DNA of 64,000 nt from Vairimorpha necatrix. Lineage: Eukaryota. Under the pieces are notes generated by a model. It made no database searches. It saw only the letters and a program-made list of their open reading frames with translations, and was not told the DNA's origin. This document shows, in pieces, positions 36,500 to 49,057 of this stretch. The DNA lies in contig CP142737.1 of the NCBI GenBank assembly GCA_036630325.1, positions 806,001 through 870,000 on the forward strand. The letters run 5' to 3'. Within the stretch, counting starts at the first letter, position 1; every line of letters begins with the position of its first letter. Position numbers and translations under genes: made by a program.

Positions 36500-37830
36500 T
36501 TTTGGCCATAAAGAAGCTAGCATTTATTGTAAACGCATCTTAAGTAATAAAAAGCCTTTATCTTCTTTGGGTGAAATAGTGATGCATGTTAGTATCTACT
36601 GGGTACAACTTGGTTAGAGCCATAAAAATTAGTTCTAAGTTGGTGTCCCTTAAGTTGATTCTGAGATATGACGAAGTAGAGCAATATTGTCCTCGTGAAC
36701 TTTATCCTGTAACACAGACGCCGAACCAGTGAACAATACAATAAAATGCCGAATGGTGGTGTATGAATCGAGTATGAGAAACGAGATGATGGTGAAGGCT
36801 AGTACGACGATGTCTCATTTAAAATTATCAGACCAATTTACAATTTATGTCTGCCATGAGGTTTCTTAGACGCGATTTGAGGTATAGATGTAAAATTATT
36901 TTTTAAAGCCCAATAGATACGGAGGATTTGATTCTTCTTATATTAAATGGAGGAGTTTTAGTGAGTAATAATATCACAGTACCAGTTGGATAAGGATCAC
37001 ATCCATCCTTTTGATCTATTTATAAGAGGTTTCCTACCTCTTGCTTTATTGATCTAAGGGAACAATTTTTTATTTTTTCACAGAATATGAATAATTATAT
37101 AGACGAGAGGAACAATGTTACATCGTAGATCATTTAATTAACATTGTAATAGAATTTCTATATATGTTAAGATACATAATATAGGTTTATTTATAAATTT
37201 TTCATTATGTGTCAAGTATGGGCTAAAAAGTCATAGAAGATACTTTTGCACTAGATACATGAGATTGTGGAAAATATTCGAGCTGAAATAAGAGAGATGT
37301 TTAAAAAATATAAATATACAAGATATTCATAATAAGCATGAGGTTTGTTATTTAACAATAAGAAAAGAGAAATAATAATATATGAAGGTGGAACATGACC
37401 AGGATCGATTTACTATAGTCAAGTATGAAGGGTAAAAAAATATGATTTTTTACAAATTAACTGACACTAATATATAAAATTCAAAACATGGTAGGTATAT
37501 GAAATGACATGGGACGGATTAGTGACTAAGTATTACATAAAGATATCAAGGGCCTCAAATCAACATTTCAAGGCAAACCACTTTTTAATTGACCAAAGAA
37601 GGAATTATATTCTGTCTCTCGAATTAAAGAAGAGGTTACGACCAGGAAAGCCGAGAGGATAGTTTGGTATAGCTGATAAGGTTTTTTGCCGAAGAAGTAG
37701 GTAGAGGAAGGAACTAAATAAGACAAGGAATACCGAAGAATTCATAAACTACGAAGAGCAAAATCCGATCCGCGACATAGGAATATATATGACAATAACA
37801 TCTAAAAAACCATTTAAAATAAATATTTTT
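36500..37830 (+). mobile_element. Decayed non-LTR retrotransposon (RT thumb to restriction-like endonuclease)
   Basis: Fragments LCLP..LRRDL (~36847), CVKYGLKSHRR, IVENIRAEIR, and YEMTWDGLVTKY (~37498). The left boundary is approximate. Confidence 0.7.
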
Positions 37831-38117
37831 ATAGCAAAAATGTCGTTCAAGAAGTATTATTTTGAAACATAATTTTTTAAAAATCAGAGTAAGTCATTAT
37901 AGTAAGATAAGAAATATTAAAAGAATTAGCGCGGCAACTATATTGGGATATATAAACAATACTGTATTGCAGACTATATTTCTTACAAGATACAAACACA
38001 TTTGTACCAAAAAAAATGTCTTTTTATTGTAATCAATTATAAAAATGTGAAATACATTACAACAAGTTATTAATTTTATGGTTTATGTATACATGAAGAT
38101 AATAAATGAATAAACAA

Positions 38118-38635
38118 TCATATATATAAAAGAATTTTATTTAATTTTTTACCCCTCTTTTTTGTGACTTTGAAATTTCTAAACGATACATTTTGTGCCT
38201 CTTCCGTTAATATATTATCAAATATAGATTTATTGCTTTAATTTGACTATTCTAAGTGTGTATGTTATTAGTTAATACTTTTTTGATTTAATTATTATTT
38301 TTGTAAAACTCAGTTCCAAAATATCGTCAAAATCGTTTTTTAGAATTTATTTAACCCTTCCACGAAAAATCCAAAAAACAATTAACCAAAGAAAAAGCTG
38401 AATGTAAGTGTCAAAAATTGAGCTTAGAAGTTCCCAAAATTATCTCATTGAGATTATTTAATGTTTTAAAACAACATAACTTCTTATATGTTGCTAAAAA
38501 GTTTTTTAAAAATCATGTTTTCTTTTTTTAAATTCATTATCCTTAAATGGAAACTTAACGAAAATTACCAATTAGGGACATATTAAAAAACTAAACTTTT
38601 AGATCCCGTTTTCAAAACGGGAAAGCATACGCTAG
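38118..38635 (+). mobile_element. Non-autonomous mini-Helitron (518 bp)
   Basis: The 5' TCATATATATAAAAGAATTTTATTTAATTTTTTACCCCT is shared with the adjacent large Helitron. 3' hairpin CCCGTTTT-C-AAAACGGG, then gcatacgCTAG. Preceded by host A. Confidence 0.9.
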
Positions 38636-39261
38636 TCATATATATAAAAGAATTTTATTTAATTTTTTACCCCTAAAACTCAAAAAAAGAGAAAATTTAA
38701 AATGATATAATTTTTGTTTTAAAACAAAATTAAATGCTTTCACTGTATTTTATAGACAATTTTAGACCAGATACGTTATTTACATTTTATTTATAAATCA
38801 TTTTCGAAATGCTTAGAAATATGATTTTCTCCCTTTTAATTTCTTCCTTTTAGAGAATGAAAACAAAAACAATATGAAACAAAATGTAGAAAAAATTTGT
38901 TACTAATGTGTGAAATTAACTCAATTGGATTAAAATTTGTTACTGAATTAACGTTACCACTGCTATGTTGATTCAATAATAATACTTAACTTCTAAAAAT
39001 CACATTTGCTCCTTTTTAATTCTTCCTACCAGAAATGGAAAATCAAAAATCAAAAATCAAAAATCAAAACAAGAAACAAACACTAAAAAGATGATTTACA
39101 AACATTAGAAATTTATCAACTGAATAACAAACTCAATTAATTTTTATTTAGACTAATATCAATGCTATTTATTAAAAAATCATAGTCTCATTTTTGTTTT
39201 CTTCTTTCCCAAAATGGAATTTCAAAAACTATAAATAAATTTTTTTTCTTTACCCCTCATT

Positions 39262-42200
39262 ATGTTTATGAAAAATCAAGCAAACAACGATTTGAATAAA
39301 CAACCCAAAGCAACTGTTACTATCTCTCAGGAGATATGTAGTAATACAAAAAATAACAATGTTATTTTCTATGAGGCCAACACCTCTGTATATAATCAAA
39401 AAAATAAAAAAACAAATGCTGGAGAAACAAAAAAAAGGAATTCTATATTCAGTTTCTCTAGCGACAACAAAACACCAAGCAAACCAATAAACAACAAAAA
39501 AGAATTAGATGACTTAAAAGATAACAGAATAATAGAAGCTCTTACGGAAAGATTAGATTTAGCATGTAGAATCACAAGCAGAAACCATGCTGAACATTAT
39601 TGTGGAGATCTGAAAGAAGAATGTGCCTTTTGTGGTGCATTACATTTTGCTGGAGAAGCAAGCAGCAATGGATTATACAAAAGCTGCTGTCATTTTGGGA
39701 AAGTTAAATTACAAAGAACAAGAGACTTCCCAGATGACATTAAGAATTTATATATAGGAAAAAATAAAGATGCAAAAAACTTCAGAGATAATATTAGATC
39801 CTACAATGCTGCTCTTTCTTTTGCTTCTCTTGGTGCTCAAATAGAAACTGTATCCAATGGACCGTATGTATTTAAAATACATGGTCAAGTGTATCATAAC
39901 ACTATAATGTAAATAATATGGACTCTAATGCACCAAAGAAGTATGCTCAATTATATGTAGTAGATAGTGATATGGCAAATGTTCAAAGAATGATGAATCC
40001 ATCTAATAGAAATTGTGATATATATATCATGAGCAAATTAGATGGATTTATAAGATCTGCCAATCCATATTCCAATGCATACAAGAATATGTCTGAAGTA
40101 ATAAAGGAGCAAAAGGAGATGGGAAAAGAAGTTAAAGACATTTCTATGGTCTTTAATAAGAATTTAGAAAGAGATCAGAGAAGATATAATGCTCCCTCTA
40201 CAAGTGAAATCGCAATGATTTTTACTGATCCAAATGGAGAACCACCATTTGAAAGGGACATTAAAGTATATAGCAAGGGTCTTAGTTCTGATAATTTACA
40301 TTTGGATATTTTAAGTCCACATTTAGATCCAATGACGTATACTTTGTTCTATCCACATGGCGAAGCTGGATGGAACGCAAATTTAAGGATTGAGTCTTAT
40401 CATGGGGAATCACAGAAGATATCTTTACTACAATATAAAGTAGCACAAATATCTATAAGAAAAGATAAGTTCAATCCTTTACTCTATGGAGGAAAGTTAT
40501 TTCAACAATGGATTGTAGATTCATATCTACAAGTCGAAGCAAATAACTTAAACTTCATAAAGTTAAATCAGAAGAAGTTGAGGGTAGATCTTTACAAAGG
40601 CTTAGTAGATTATGTGAACAATGGAATAGAAAGTAATGCTAAGCCTGTAATTTTACCATCAAGCTTCCAGGGATCTCCAAGAAATATGAGGGAAAGATAC
40701 CACGATGCAATGTCTATCGTAAGAAATTTCGGCAAGCCCGATCTTTTCATTACTATGACTTGCAATCCAAATTGGAAGGAGATAAAGGAGAATCTATTTG
40801 AGGGACAAACTGCAGTTGATAGGCCTGATTTGGTAGCAAAGGTCTTCAACTTGAAATTAAAAAGCATGATGGGGGAGATTTTGTCAGGAAGAGTATTTGG
40901 GGAAGTTGTGGCTCATGTCTATTCTATTGAGTTCCAAAAACGTGGACTTCCCCATGCTCACATATTGATAATGTTAAAGGATAAGATTCGGGATGAAGAA
41001 AGAATAGATAAGTTTGTAAGTGCAGAAATACCATCGCCCATGGAAAATGAAGTGTTACACACCTGTGTAACAAAACATATGATTCATGGACCATGTGGAC
41101 TAAATAACTTGACAAGTCCATGTATGGAAAATGGTCTCTGCACCAAGGAATATCCTAAGGAATATAATAACGAAACAAAGATTAATAATGACGGATATCC
41201 TGAGTACCGAAGAATAAGGGGTGTCGAGTACAATGTAAGAGGCAACATTGTTACTAATGCTAACGTGGTCCCTTATAATGCTTATCTACTTGAAAAATAC
41301 AATTGTCATATCAATGTAGAAGTTTGTACTTCTATCAAGTCAGTAAAGTATATTTTCAAGTATATTTACAAGGGATTTGATTGTGCTGAAATGAGAATAA
41401 CTGACAACAATGAAATTGATCATTTTGTGAATTCCAGATATGTCTCAGCACCAGAGGCTACCTGGAGATTAGTGGAATACAAGATGCATGGAAGATCTCA
41501 TAAGATCCATAGACTTCCTGTGCATCTTCCACAAGAACAATTGATCACTTTCGAAGAAGGCAGAGAAGAGGAAGCCGTTAGATTGTCCGATCTTAGACAG
41601 ACTCCTCTTTTAGCCTACTTCAAATTGAATGAAGTTGATGAAGGAGCACATCGATTTTCGTATAGTGAGATACCCTATCACTATACATATAAAAGGGGAG
41701 AATGGATTAGGAGAAAGAATAAGTATAGTAAGATAATTACTAGACTTTATTCTGTATCTCCAATAGAGAAGGAAAGATTTAGCCTCAGAGTTCTATTGAT
41801 CAATGTAAAGGGGGCTAAGTCATATGAGGATTTGAGAACTGTAAATGGTGTAGTTTACAGTTCTTTCGCAGAGGCGGTGGAAGAAAGAGGACTTCTTCAA
41901 GATGATAAAGAATGGGAAAGGGCTTTGGATGAGGCCGTATCGACCGAGTCCCCATCAATAATAAGAGCATTGTTTGGATATATTTGTGCTTTTAATAAGC
42001 CTAAAAATACCAAAGAACTCTTTGAGAAGTATCTTGGAGATATGTCTGAAGATCTAGATCAGAATAGTAGAGACGAAATATTAAGTAGATTAAAAGATAT
42101 AGTTAATGCTCATGGATGGAGCTTAAATGCTCTGGGTTTAGATGAGCCGATTAACTATATCAAGAATGAAAGAGCCGTCTCTGGCATTGAACATGATCTA

Positions 42201-43565
42201 GATCAGATGATATCCTCTTTGAACGAAAAACAGAGAAATGCATTTAATACAATAACAGATAGTATAGATGAAAAAGGCAATTTATTCTTTTTAGATGGAC
42301 CAGCTGGATCAGGAAAGACATATCTATACAATGTCCTGATTGAATATCTAAATAAGAATAAAAAATCTTCAATACAGATGGCCACTACAGGAATTGCTGC
42401 AGATCTATTAAAAGATGGAAGAACAATGCATAGTTGTATGAAACTTCCTGTTCCTTTGACAGAGACCAGCGTATCTAGACTAAAGCAAAATACTCCAGAA
42501 GCAGAGAGAATAATAAAGGCCTCTTTATTGCTAATAGATGAAGTTTCGATGATGTCAAAACATGCATTGAACGCAATAGATGAGGTGCTTAAAAGACTCT
42601 GTGACAATGATGATGTCTTTGGAGGGAAAACTCTATTGTTGGGTGGTGACTTTAGACAGACATCAACCATTGTAATGAAGGGTACTCCAAATGATATCAT
42701 CGAGAACTCATTAATTAGTTCAAGACTTTGGGTACATGTCTGTGTACTAAAGCTTGAAACGAACATGAGATCATATAATCAATTGGAGTTTAATAAGTGG
42801 TTGTTAGATATAGGCGAGGGGCGTACTAGAGATAGTAAAGGATGTGTGGAGATACCCAAAGAATATCTTGAAGAAGGGGACATAGTCGATAGCATTTTTG
42901 GAACAATCAAAATTGAAGCAGGTGATGATTCTTTGTTTGATAAGATTATCTTAACGAGCAAAAATGAACATGCAAATGAATTGAATGCCAAAGTGTTAAA
43001 CCTACTTAATGGATCTTCGAGGGTATATGTGAGTTCTGATGCTATAGAATCAGAGGATATCGAAGAACAACTGAGATTTCCTCTTGAGTTCTTGAACATG
43101 CAACAGCCATCAGGACTTCCTCCACATAAGTTAGTATTGAAGATAGGGGCAATAGTGATGTTGTTACGCAATATTGATCCTAAGAATGGATTATTAAATG
43201 GGACCAGATTGAAGATAAAAGGTCTTAAAGATAATTACATCTTAGGTGAAATAATAACAGGAAGGGGAAGGGGCACCCTTGCTGTTATACCAAAGATAGA
43301 CATGATGCCAAGTGACACTCTTCTTCCGTTTGTACTTAAAAGAAGACAGTTTCCTGTGGTATTGTCATATGCGATGACAATACATAAAGCACAGGGACAG
43401 TCTTTTGACAAAGTGGGAGTGTATTTGCCTGAGGATGTATTTTCTCATGGTCAATTATACGTAGCTTTGTCAAGAGTGAAGAAGAGTGAAAACTTGAGAG
43501 TCAAGTTGGGGACAAGAGGAAGCAATACTAAAAATGTAGTTCTACGTGAACTAATTGGCCCATAA
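39262..43565 (+). CDS. Helitron RepHel transposase (zinc finger, HUH Rep, PIF1 helicase) split by one frameshift near 39905
   Basis: CAFCGALHF..CCHFGKV; Rep motifs PDLFITMTCNP, IEFQKRGLPHAH, KYIFKYIYKG; helicase motifs GPAGSGKT, IDEVSM, GDFRQ, TIHKAQGQS, HGQLYVALSR. Confidence 0.95.
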
Positions 43566-43574
43566 GAGCCAAGA

Positions 43575-43686
43575 GATGAAGAAATGCGCCGTGAGCGTAC
43601 AAGCACTATGCCATTTTTCTTCCAATAAGGATGAGATAAAAGATGATAAAATGCGCCGTGAGCGTACAAAAACTATGCCATTTTTT
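43575..43686 (+). repeat. Two-copy direct repeat in the Helitron 3' UTR
   Basis: aaatgcgccgtgagcgtacaa..actatgccattttt at ~43582 and ~43648. Confidence 0.85.
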
Positions 43687-45594
43687 TAAAGAATAAATAT
43701 AATGTGATAAAATTAAAACATGTACCCATGCAAACACAAACAACCCGTTCTCAGAACGGGTGTGCATACGCTAGTGTCTCTATATGTTATTATGTAATTT
43801 TTAGATTGTGTACGTATAATATAAAAACTAAATGGCATAGCTAAAAAAATCGTAAAAAAAATAGATTTAAATTGCTAAAAAATTGACTATATTGTGCCGG
43901 ATATATTAGGTATATATTATATTCTTCAGAAATTTTGAAAAAAAAACTAAGAATCACATTGATTAACTACCTTTGACAAAAATAACAAAAAAAACTACCT
44001 TGATGGTCCATTGACAGTTAAACTTTAAATTTTTCGTAGACGAAAACAAAAATATTCCCCAATGCTGACCTGTGATCAGTGTCACTAAGTACCATGAAGA
44101 AGATTAAAGGAGGTTTAAATACTAGTCGAATATTTATTTTCTATCTAAAAAGACCTTTGAGAGCGCCTCGCTTGACTATCAGAAAGAGATCTGAAGTGTC
44201 GTCACGGAATAGAATTTACACTATCAAGCCTATTTCCTCTATATTATTTTTTGCAGAAATTACTTATCGATAAAAATTAACCTCTGAATAGATTTAATTG
44301 TAAAAATACATTTAAAATATAGAAATTAAAAATATTATTAATTTTGTTGGTTTTTGTATAAAAATAATTTATTCAAATAATTTTTCATGGTACCTACATA
44401 TTTATAATAAGTTGGAAACCTTTTGCTTGTCTAGTGGCAAAGTTGCCTAAAGGTTGATTTTACAATCTTAATTAAACTTCCGTATCAGAAAATTTATTAT
44501 TTAAGATACAAATATCGAGAGCAATATAGTTTACTGAAGATATATTGGAGAACATGTATATAATTAGATAAGACGGGCAAATGAAAATAAATTTTAGAAA
44601 CAAACTATAATTTCCGTGGTCAAATGCTTTATTACATTGCTAAACCACTAGACCTGCTACTATGGATATGTACAAATCTTGTCTTTTACAACAAACGATT
44701 CGAGAAGAAATTTTCACATAAGGTGGCATCCCAAGCCTTTCTCGATTTGGTAAAACAAAAGTCTCAATATGTAAAACCCAGGAGGTTTGCCTTTTTATTG
44801 CCCTACGTAATTATACTTATCACTTTTATTTCTCGAGATGCGTTTTTAATAGATTTAATTCTGCTGTGACTAAATGCGCAGAATTTTACTAAAACACTTA
44901 AAGATTCGCCAAAGATAATTTTATAATTAAAGCGTAATACATTCTTAGTTTCAATTGAAACATCTTTGATAGCATTACCATTTGATTGTGTGCAAACATA
45001 ATGGGTTTGTCGCCAAAACTTGCACCTTGATCTCATTATTCATATAATTAGACATATTCTAATCGGAAGATATCAATGAAGATAAACAATAGAGAAATGA
45101 ATCTCAGCACAACATGTGGTTCAGGCACTCTGGTTCTTATTGTATGTAACATTTGAAAAATTTAATTAGGAAATATTAATGAAGATAATAAAAGAGAAAT
45201 GGATCTTAGTACAACATGTGGTGCAATCAGCTCATCTTTTGCTGGCGTATTAAAACATAACGAATTTTATAAGTTAAATATATTCTATTGTCGCCCGTTT
45301 TTTATGAAAGTCTTAAATTTGCTCTTGTATATCTAATTTTTTGACTGTCATAAGTTGCATTTTTATTGTTAAAAGTAATTACCATCAAACCCTTCTATAT
45401 TTATCATATTCAGATAGTGGACACTTTATTGATATCATTAATTCTTGAACCCGATGTTTATGTTTGTGACGGCAACTTGCCACTTGACACCTTAATACAG
45501 GGAGCTTTTTTAAAAAAGTCTGATTCTAGAGCCGAAAAATAATGTTTAACGACTTCATATAAAAACACTTTTTTATTAAAACGATTTATTAATT

Positions 45595-46761
45595 TTAATT
45601 TTCTGGATGTAGATATTTCCCCATAAAAATAATCTTTTTTGTACTTTCATTTTTATGATTAGTCACGATATACCATAAAAAAGGTTTATCAATTTTGAGC
45701 TCCTCATGTAATTCTCCTCCTCGCCTGGTACAGTGGTCAACAAAGTTATTGTTTGTGGTCCCAAATTCATTAACTTTAATATATAACTTCTGTTTGACCT
45801 TTATGTTATCAAAATCAACTCCAGGTATCAAATTTAGACTATTTAGTATACCCTCAAGTTCCAGGTCTCTAGTATAATCACTAAAATTCAATTCATCTTC
45901 ATATTCAAATTTCGGAAATGTCAACTTTAAATGTTTCCATTCCATTTTAGACATTAGATCGTTTAATTCATCATTGTTAGAAATGCTACTTGATACTTCT
46001 TTCCAGTAGGAAATATCTTTAGGCATAACAGCTAAAAATGATAGCCCTCCGTAAGTATAATGATTGTTTATAACAATTTTTTTCTCGTCTTCATATGTTT
46101 CATATTCGTCCCAATTATAAATCATATCGTGTTCAATTGTACCCGTAAATGAGTTAAAAACATCTTTACATGTATAAAATTTTCGACTAAAATTAATATC
46201 TAAGTGTAAAACATTCATCAATAAAAGACAAGTATTTGGGGAGATAGTTTCGCAAGCTTTTTTTATATTATTGTCCGTAGATAAGCAAACAAATTCATTT
46301 AATCTTGATATTGCTTGATCTATATTTTTTGAATCGAAAGGAATAAATTTTACATCGTAAAATTTATTCAACTGAGTCTCAAATTTTTCTTCCATAGTAA
46401 ATTTATTATCATAAAGTAAAAAATTTTGAACTCGTAAATTTCCTTCAATTTTATATCGTGGATCGGTAAGGTGCTTATTTTTATACGAATAATCGTTTAA
46501 GTACTTCTTATTATCTGAAATTAGCTTATCATAAAGTACGTATGAATTTTCATTATATTCAGTGATTTTGTTTGTAAATCCCAAATTTTTAAGAAATATA
46601 CTCTGCATAGGTTCGTCTGCACCATTGGCAATGATTCCCAATGCTTGAGAAAATGAATATGGTGATATGGCTTGATTGGATACTAAATCTGGGTCCCGTG
46701 ATAACATAATATTAAAAAACTTAAAAGATAAGTTCATCATTTCTTTAATAAAATTCTTCAT
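45595..46761 (-). CDS. Serpin, paralog 1 (388 aa)
   Basis: ISPYS, LLLMNVLHL, FPKFEYE, IKVNEFGT, IDKPFLWYI, IFMGKY..P. CCCC lies directly before the ATG at 46761. Confidence 0.93.
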   Translation of the reverse strand: MKNFIKEMMNLSFKFFNIMLSRDPDLVSNQAISPYSFSQALGIIANGADEPMQSIFLKNLGFTNKITEYNENSYVLYDKLISDNKKYLNDYSYKNKHLTDPRYKIEGNLRVQNFLLYDNKFTMEEKFETQLNKFYDVKFIPFDSKNIDQAISRLNEFVCLSTDNNIKKACETISPNTCLLLMNVLHLDINFSRKFYTCKDVFNSFTGTIEHDMIYNWDEYETYEDEKKIVINNHYTYGGLSFLAVMPKDISYWKEVSSSISNNDELNDLMSKMEWKHLKLTFPKFEYEDELNFSDYTRDLELEGILNSLNLIPGVDFDNIKVKQKLYIKVNEFGTTNNNFVDHCTRRGGELHEELKIDKPFLWYIVTNHKNESTKKIIFMGKYLHPEN

Positions 46762-49057
46762 GGGGTTAAATTTTTTTTTTTTATTTATATGAAAAAAATC
46801 AAACAAAATAATAAACCGCCTTTAAAAACAAATAATAATATTATTTAGATCGAAAATTTTATCCTTTTTTTGACAGGTAATTTGATATATTAAAAATTTA
46901 ATTAATTTTTTGGGCATTTATATTATCATCTAGAATAGTTTTTTTATCAAAGTATATACAGAAAAAAAATTTTAATCTAAAGGATTAAACACAACAAATA
47001 ATTATACGGTGAACTATTTATGATGATCTAAAATAAGCTTTTGAGCAATATGACGTCGTAACAAAAAATACAAATTTTGAACTTTTTGTCACGCAGATTT
47101 AATGAAAAAACAAATGCCCAAGGAGCACTTATAGATTCCTTTATGGGCGTTATTCTTTAAAAATTTCTAACCACAAAAATGATGTATAAAAAAGTGGGAC
47201 AAGACATGGATAAAAATTGTTAAAAATCTAAATGAAAAGAACAAATACATAACTGAATAGTATAAATGTTTCTAAAGATATCTTTGTTGTACGCTAAACT
47301 GTTATTAGAAAACTCGAGTTTATTTATTTACTGCCTTTATAGCCCAAATGTCACCTGTCAAATATCTTGAGTCGAATGTCATTGATAAATAATTGGATGA
47401 CATTTGACATGTTATACTCCAACATTCTTTATTTAAAAATCAATACTGATAAATTAATTCGTTTTAAATTTTTTACTAGTTAAAATGTTTTTTATCTTAA
47501 AACTGTTATTTTTCTGAAATAAAGTAAATGTTAAAAAAGGAGTAAATCAGATTTAAAACAATTTAATACATATTTTACGTCCATAAATTGTTTTACAATA
47601 AAATGAAATTTACAAAAAGTTGCATCAATTTAATCTATAAATGTTCTTATAAAAAACAGGATTAGAAAATAAATTTCAAAATATAACAAATATCAATTTT
47701 TTATCCTTATTAATAATAATGTGGCGTAATTTTTGTCTCTTTCTTGCTCCTTTTTTTAATTTTAATTTGTTGAGGCAAAAGCTAAAAAATAAACGACCAA
47801 AAGGAGAGGAGGGGAGAAATGCTTCCTCTAGAATAAAATGTTTAAATGAGACTATACAATTAACTCTGACACAAATAAAAGCAATTCCTGATTATTTGCG
47901 AAAAATACGTTGAGACGATTTATGAATTACTTTATAACTCAATATTGCATTTATATTATGATCTATCTGTTTAATTTATAATACAACGATAATGCTTATT
48001 TTTTATATCCTGCCTTTACTTAATAAAAACAGCTAGCAATGTTAAAACAATAATAAATAAAATTTTGTGACAAATTTAAACATTAGGCTTAATAATATCA
48101 TTTAATTTTTCAATTTTTTTTTATAAATTGTAAAATTGCTTTTCTGTTAAAACTATATGTAAATTTCAAATTTGGTCTAATTATCTGACTGATGTATTTT
48201 CAAACCATCTTCATATATAATTTACATTTCTTTGGTTTGTAGCTTGTTCTGAAAATAGAAAAAGATAAATAAAAAATTAATATACTTTATTCACAAGTAA
48301 TTTTTGGATGTAATTTTACTATATATAATTAGAATGACTTCGAAGTTTCTTTTAATAAAGCATATATTTAGAAACTAAGCAACATAGATGTATAAAAATG
48401 AATTATTTTGTTCCTCGTATTAACAAAGTCTTCGCGTTTATATTGGTTTAATAATTATTGTAATTTTTTCTTTTTATTTAATAAAGCTTATGTCAAAATT
48501 TATCTTTTATTAAAATTCGTTATTTCTATAAACAAATAATAAATAATATTTCATCTTTGAGGTTCCTCAACATTCTTTAAGTATTTATAGGATAGGTTTA
48601 TTTAAAAAAGTAAAATAATATTTCAAAAACAAATTTCAATCTATTTGTAAAATAAATAATTTTTAACATACTAATAAATACAAAACAGTTTTAGAATATA
48701 AAAATTGATCAAAAAACTTCTTTATTATACTTCTTATTATGCAAAAAAGAAAAGTCATGAACTTATAAGTGACTAATGTAAACATTAATAAATTAAAATA
48801 CAAAAAAATAAGGTTTTGCAATTTAGTTTGTTACTGTTGTCCCATCACTTGCGGCAACTATCATTTGACTGAAACATAATAATATGAACATTTCATCTTA
48901 AACATGATTTTACAGGTCATAAATATAACTTTTTGAAGAAATGAAAAAAGAAAAGATGTCTCTTAATAAAAAAAATTTATATCAAGTAATAAGCCTCGAA
49001 TCGCCCGACCTTGTCCTAGGTAACAGTACTGGGCTTAGTATTTTTCTTCTAAGAATA

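Larger units (their letters stand above)
38636..43774 (+). mobile_element. Helitron with RepHel gene (5.1 kb)
   Basis: 5' TC, 3' hairpin ACCCGTTCT-C-AGAACGGGT, then gcatacgCTAG followed by host T. Confidence 0.96.

Noticed and set aside
39909-39938. Possible GTAAAT...AG intron bridging the Helitron frameshift
   Set aside because: At 30 nt it would not correct the frame. A 1-bp deletion explains the break better.
40610-43669. Antisense ORFs within RepHel, and those antisense to HNT1, RPS8 and the serpins
   Set aside because: Shadow ORFs of real genes with no independent motifs.
44350-45230. Possible minus-strand RT remnant (YKYVG-like) with a ~45-bp duplicated segment; similar texture at ~27050-27650 and ~59550-60330
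   Set aside because: Too degraded to support a family call without a profile search.
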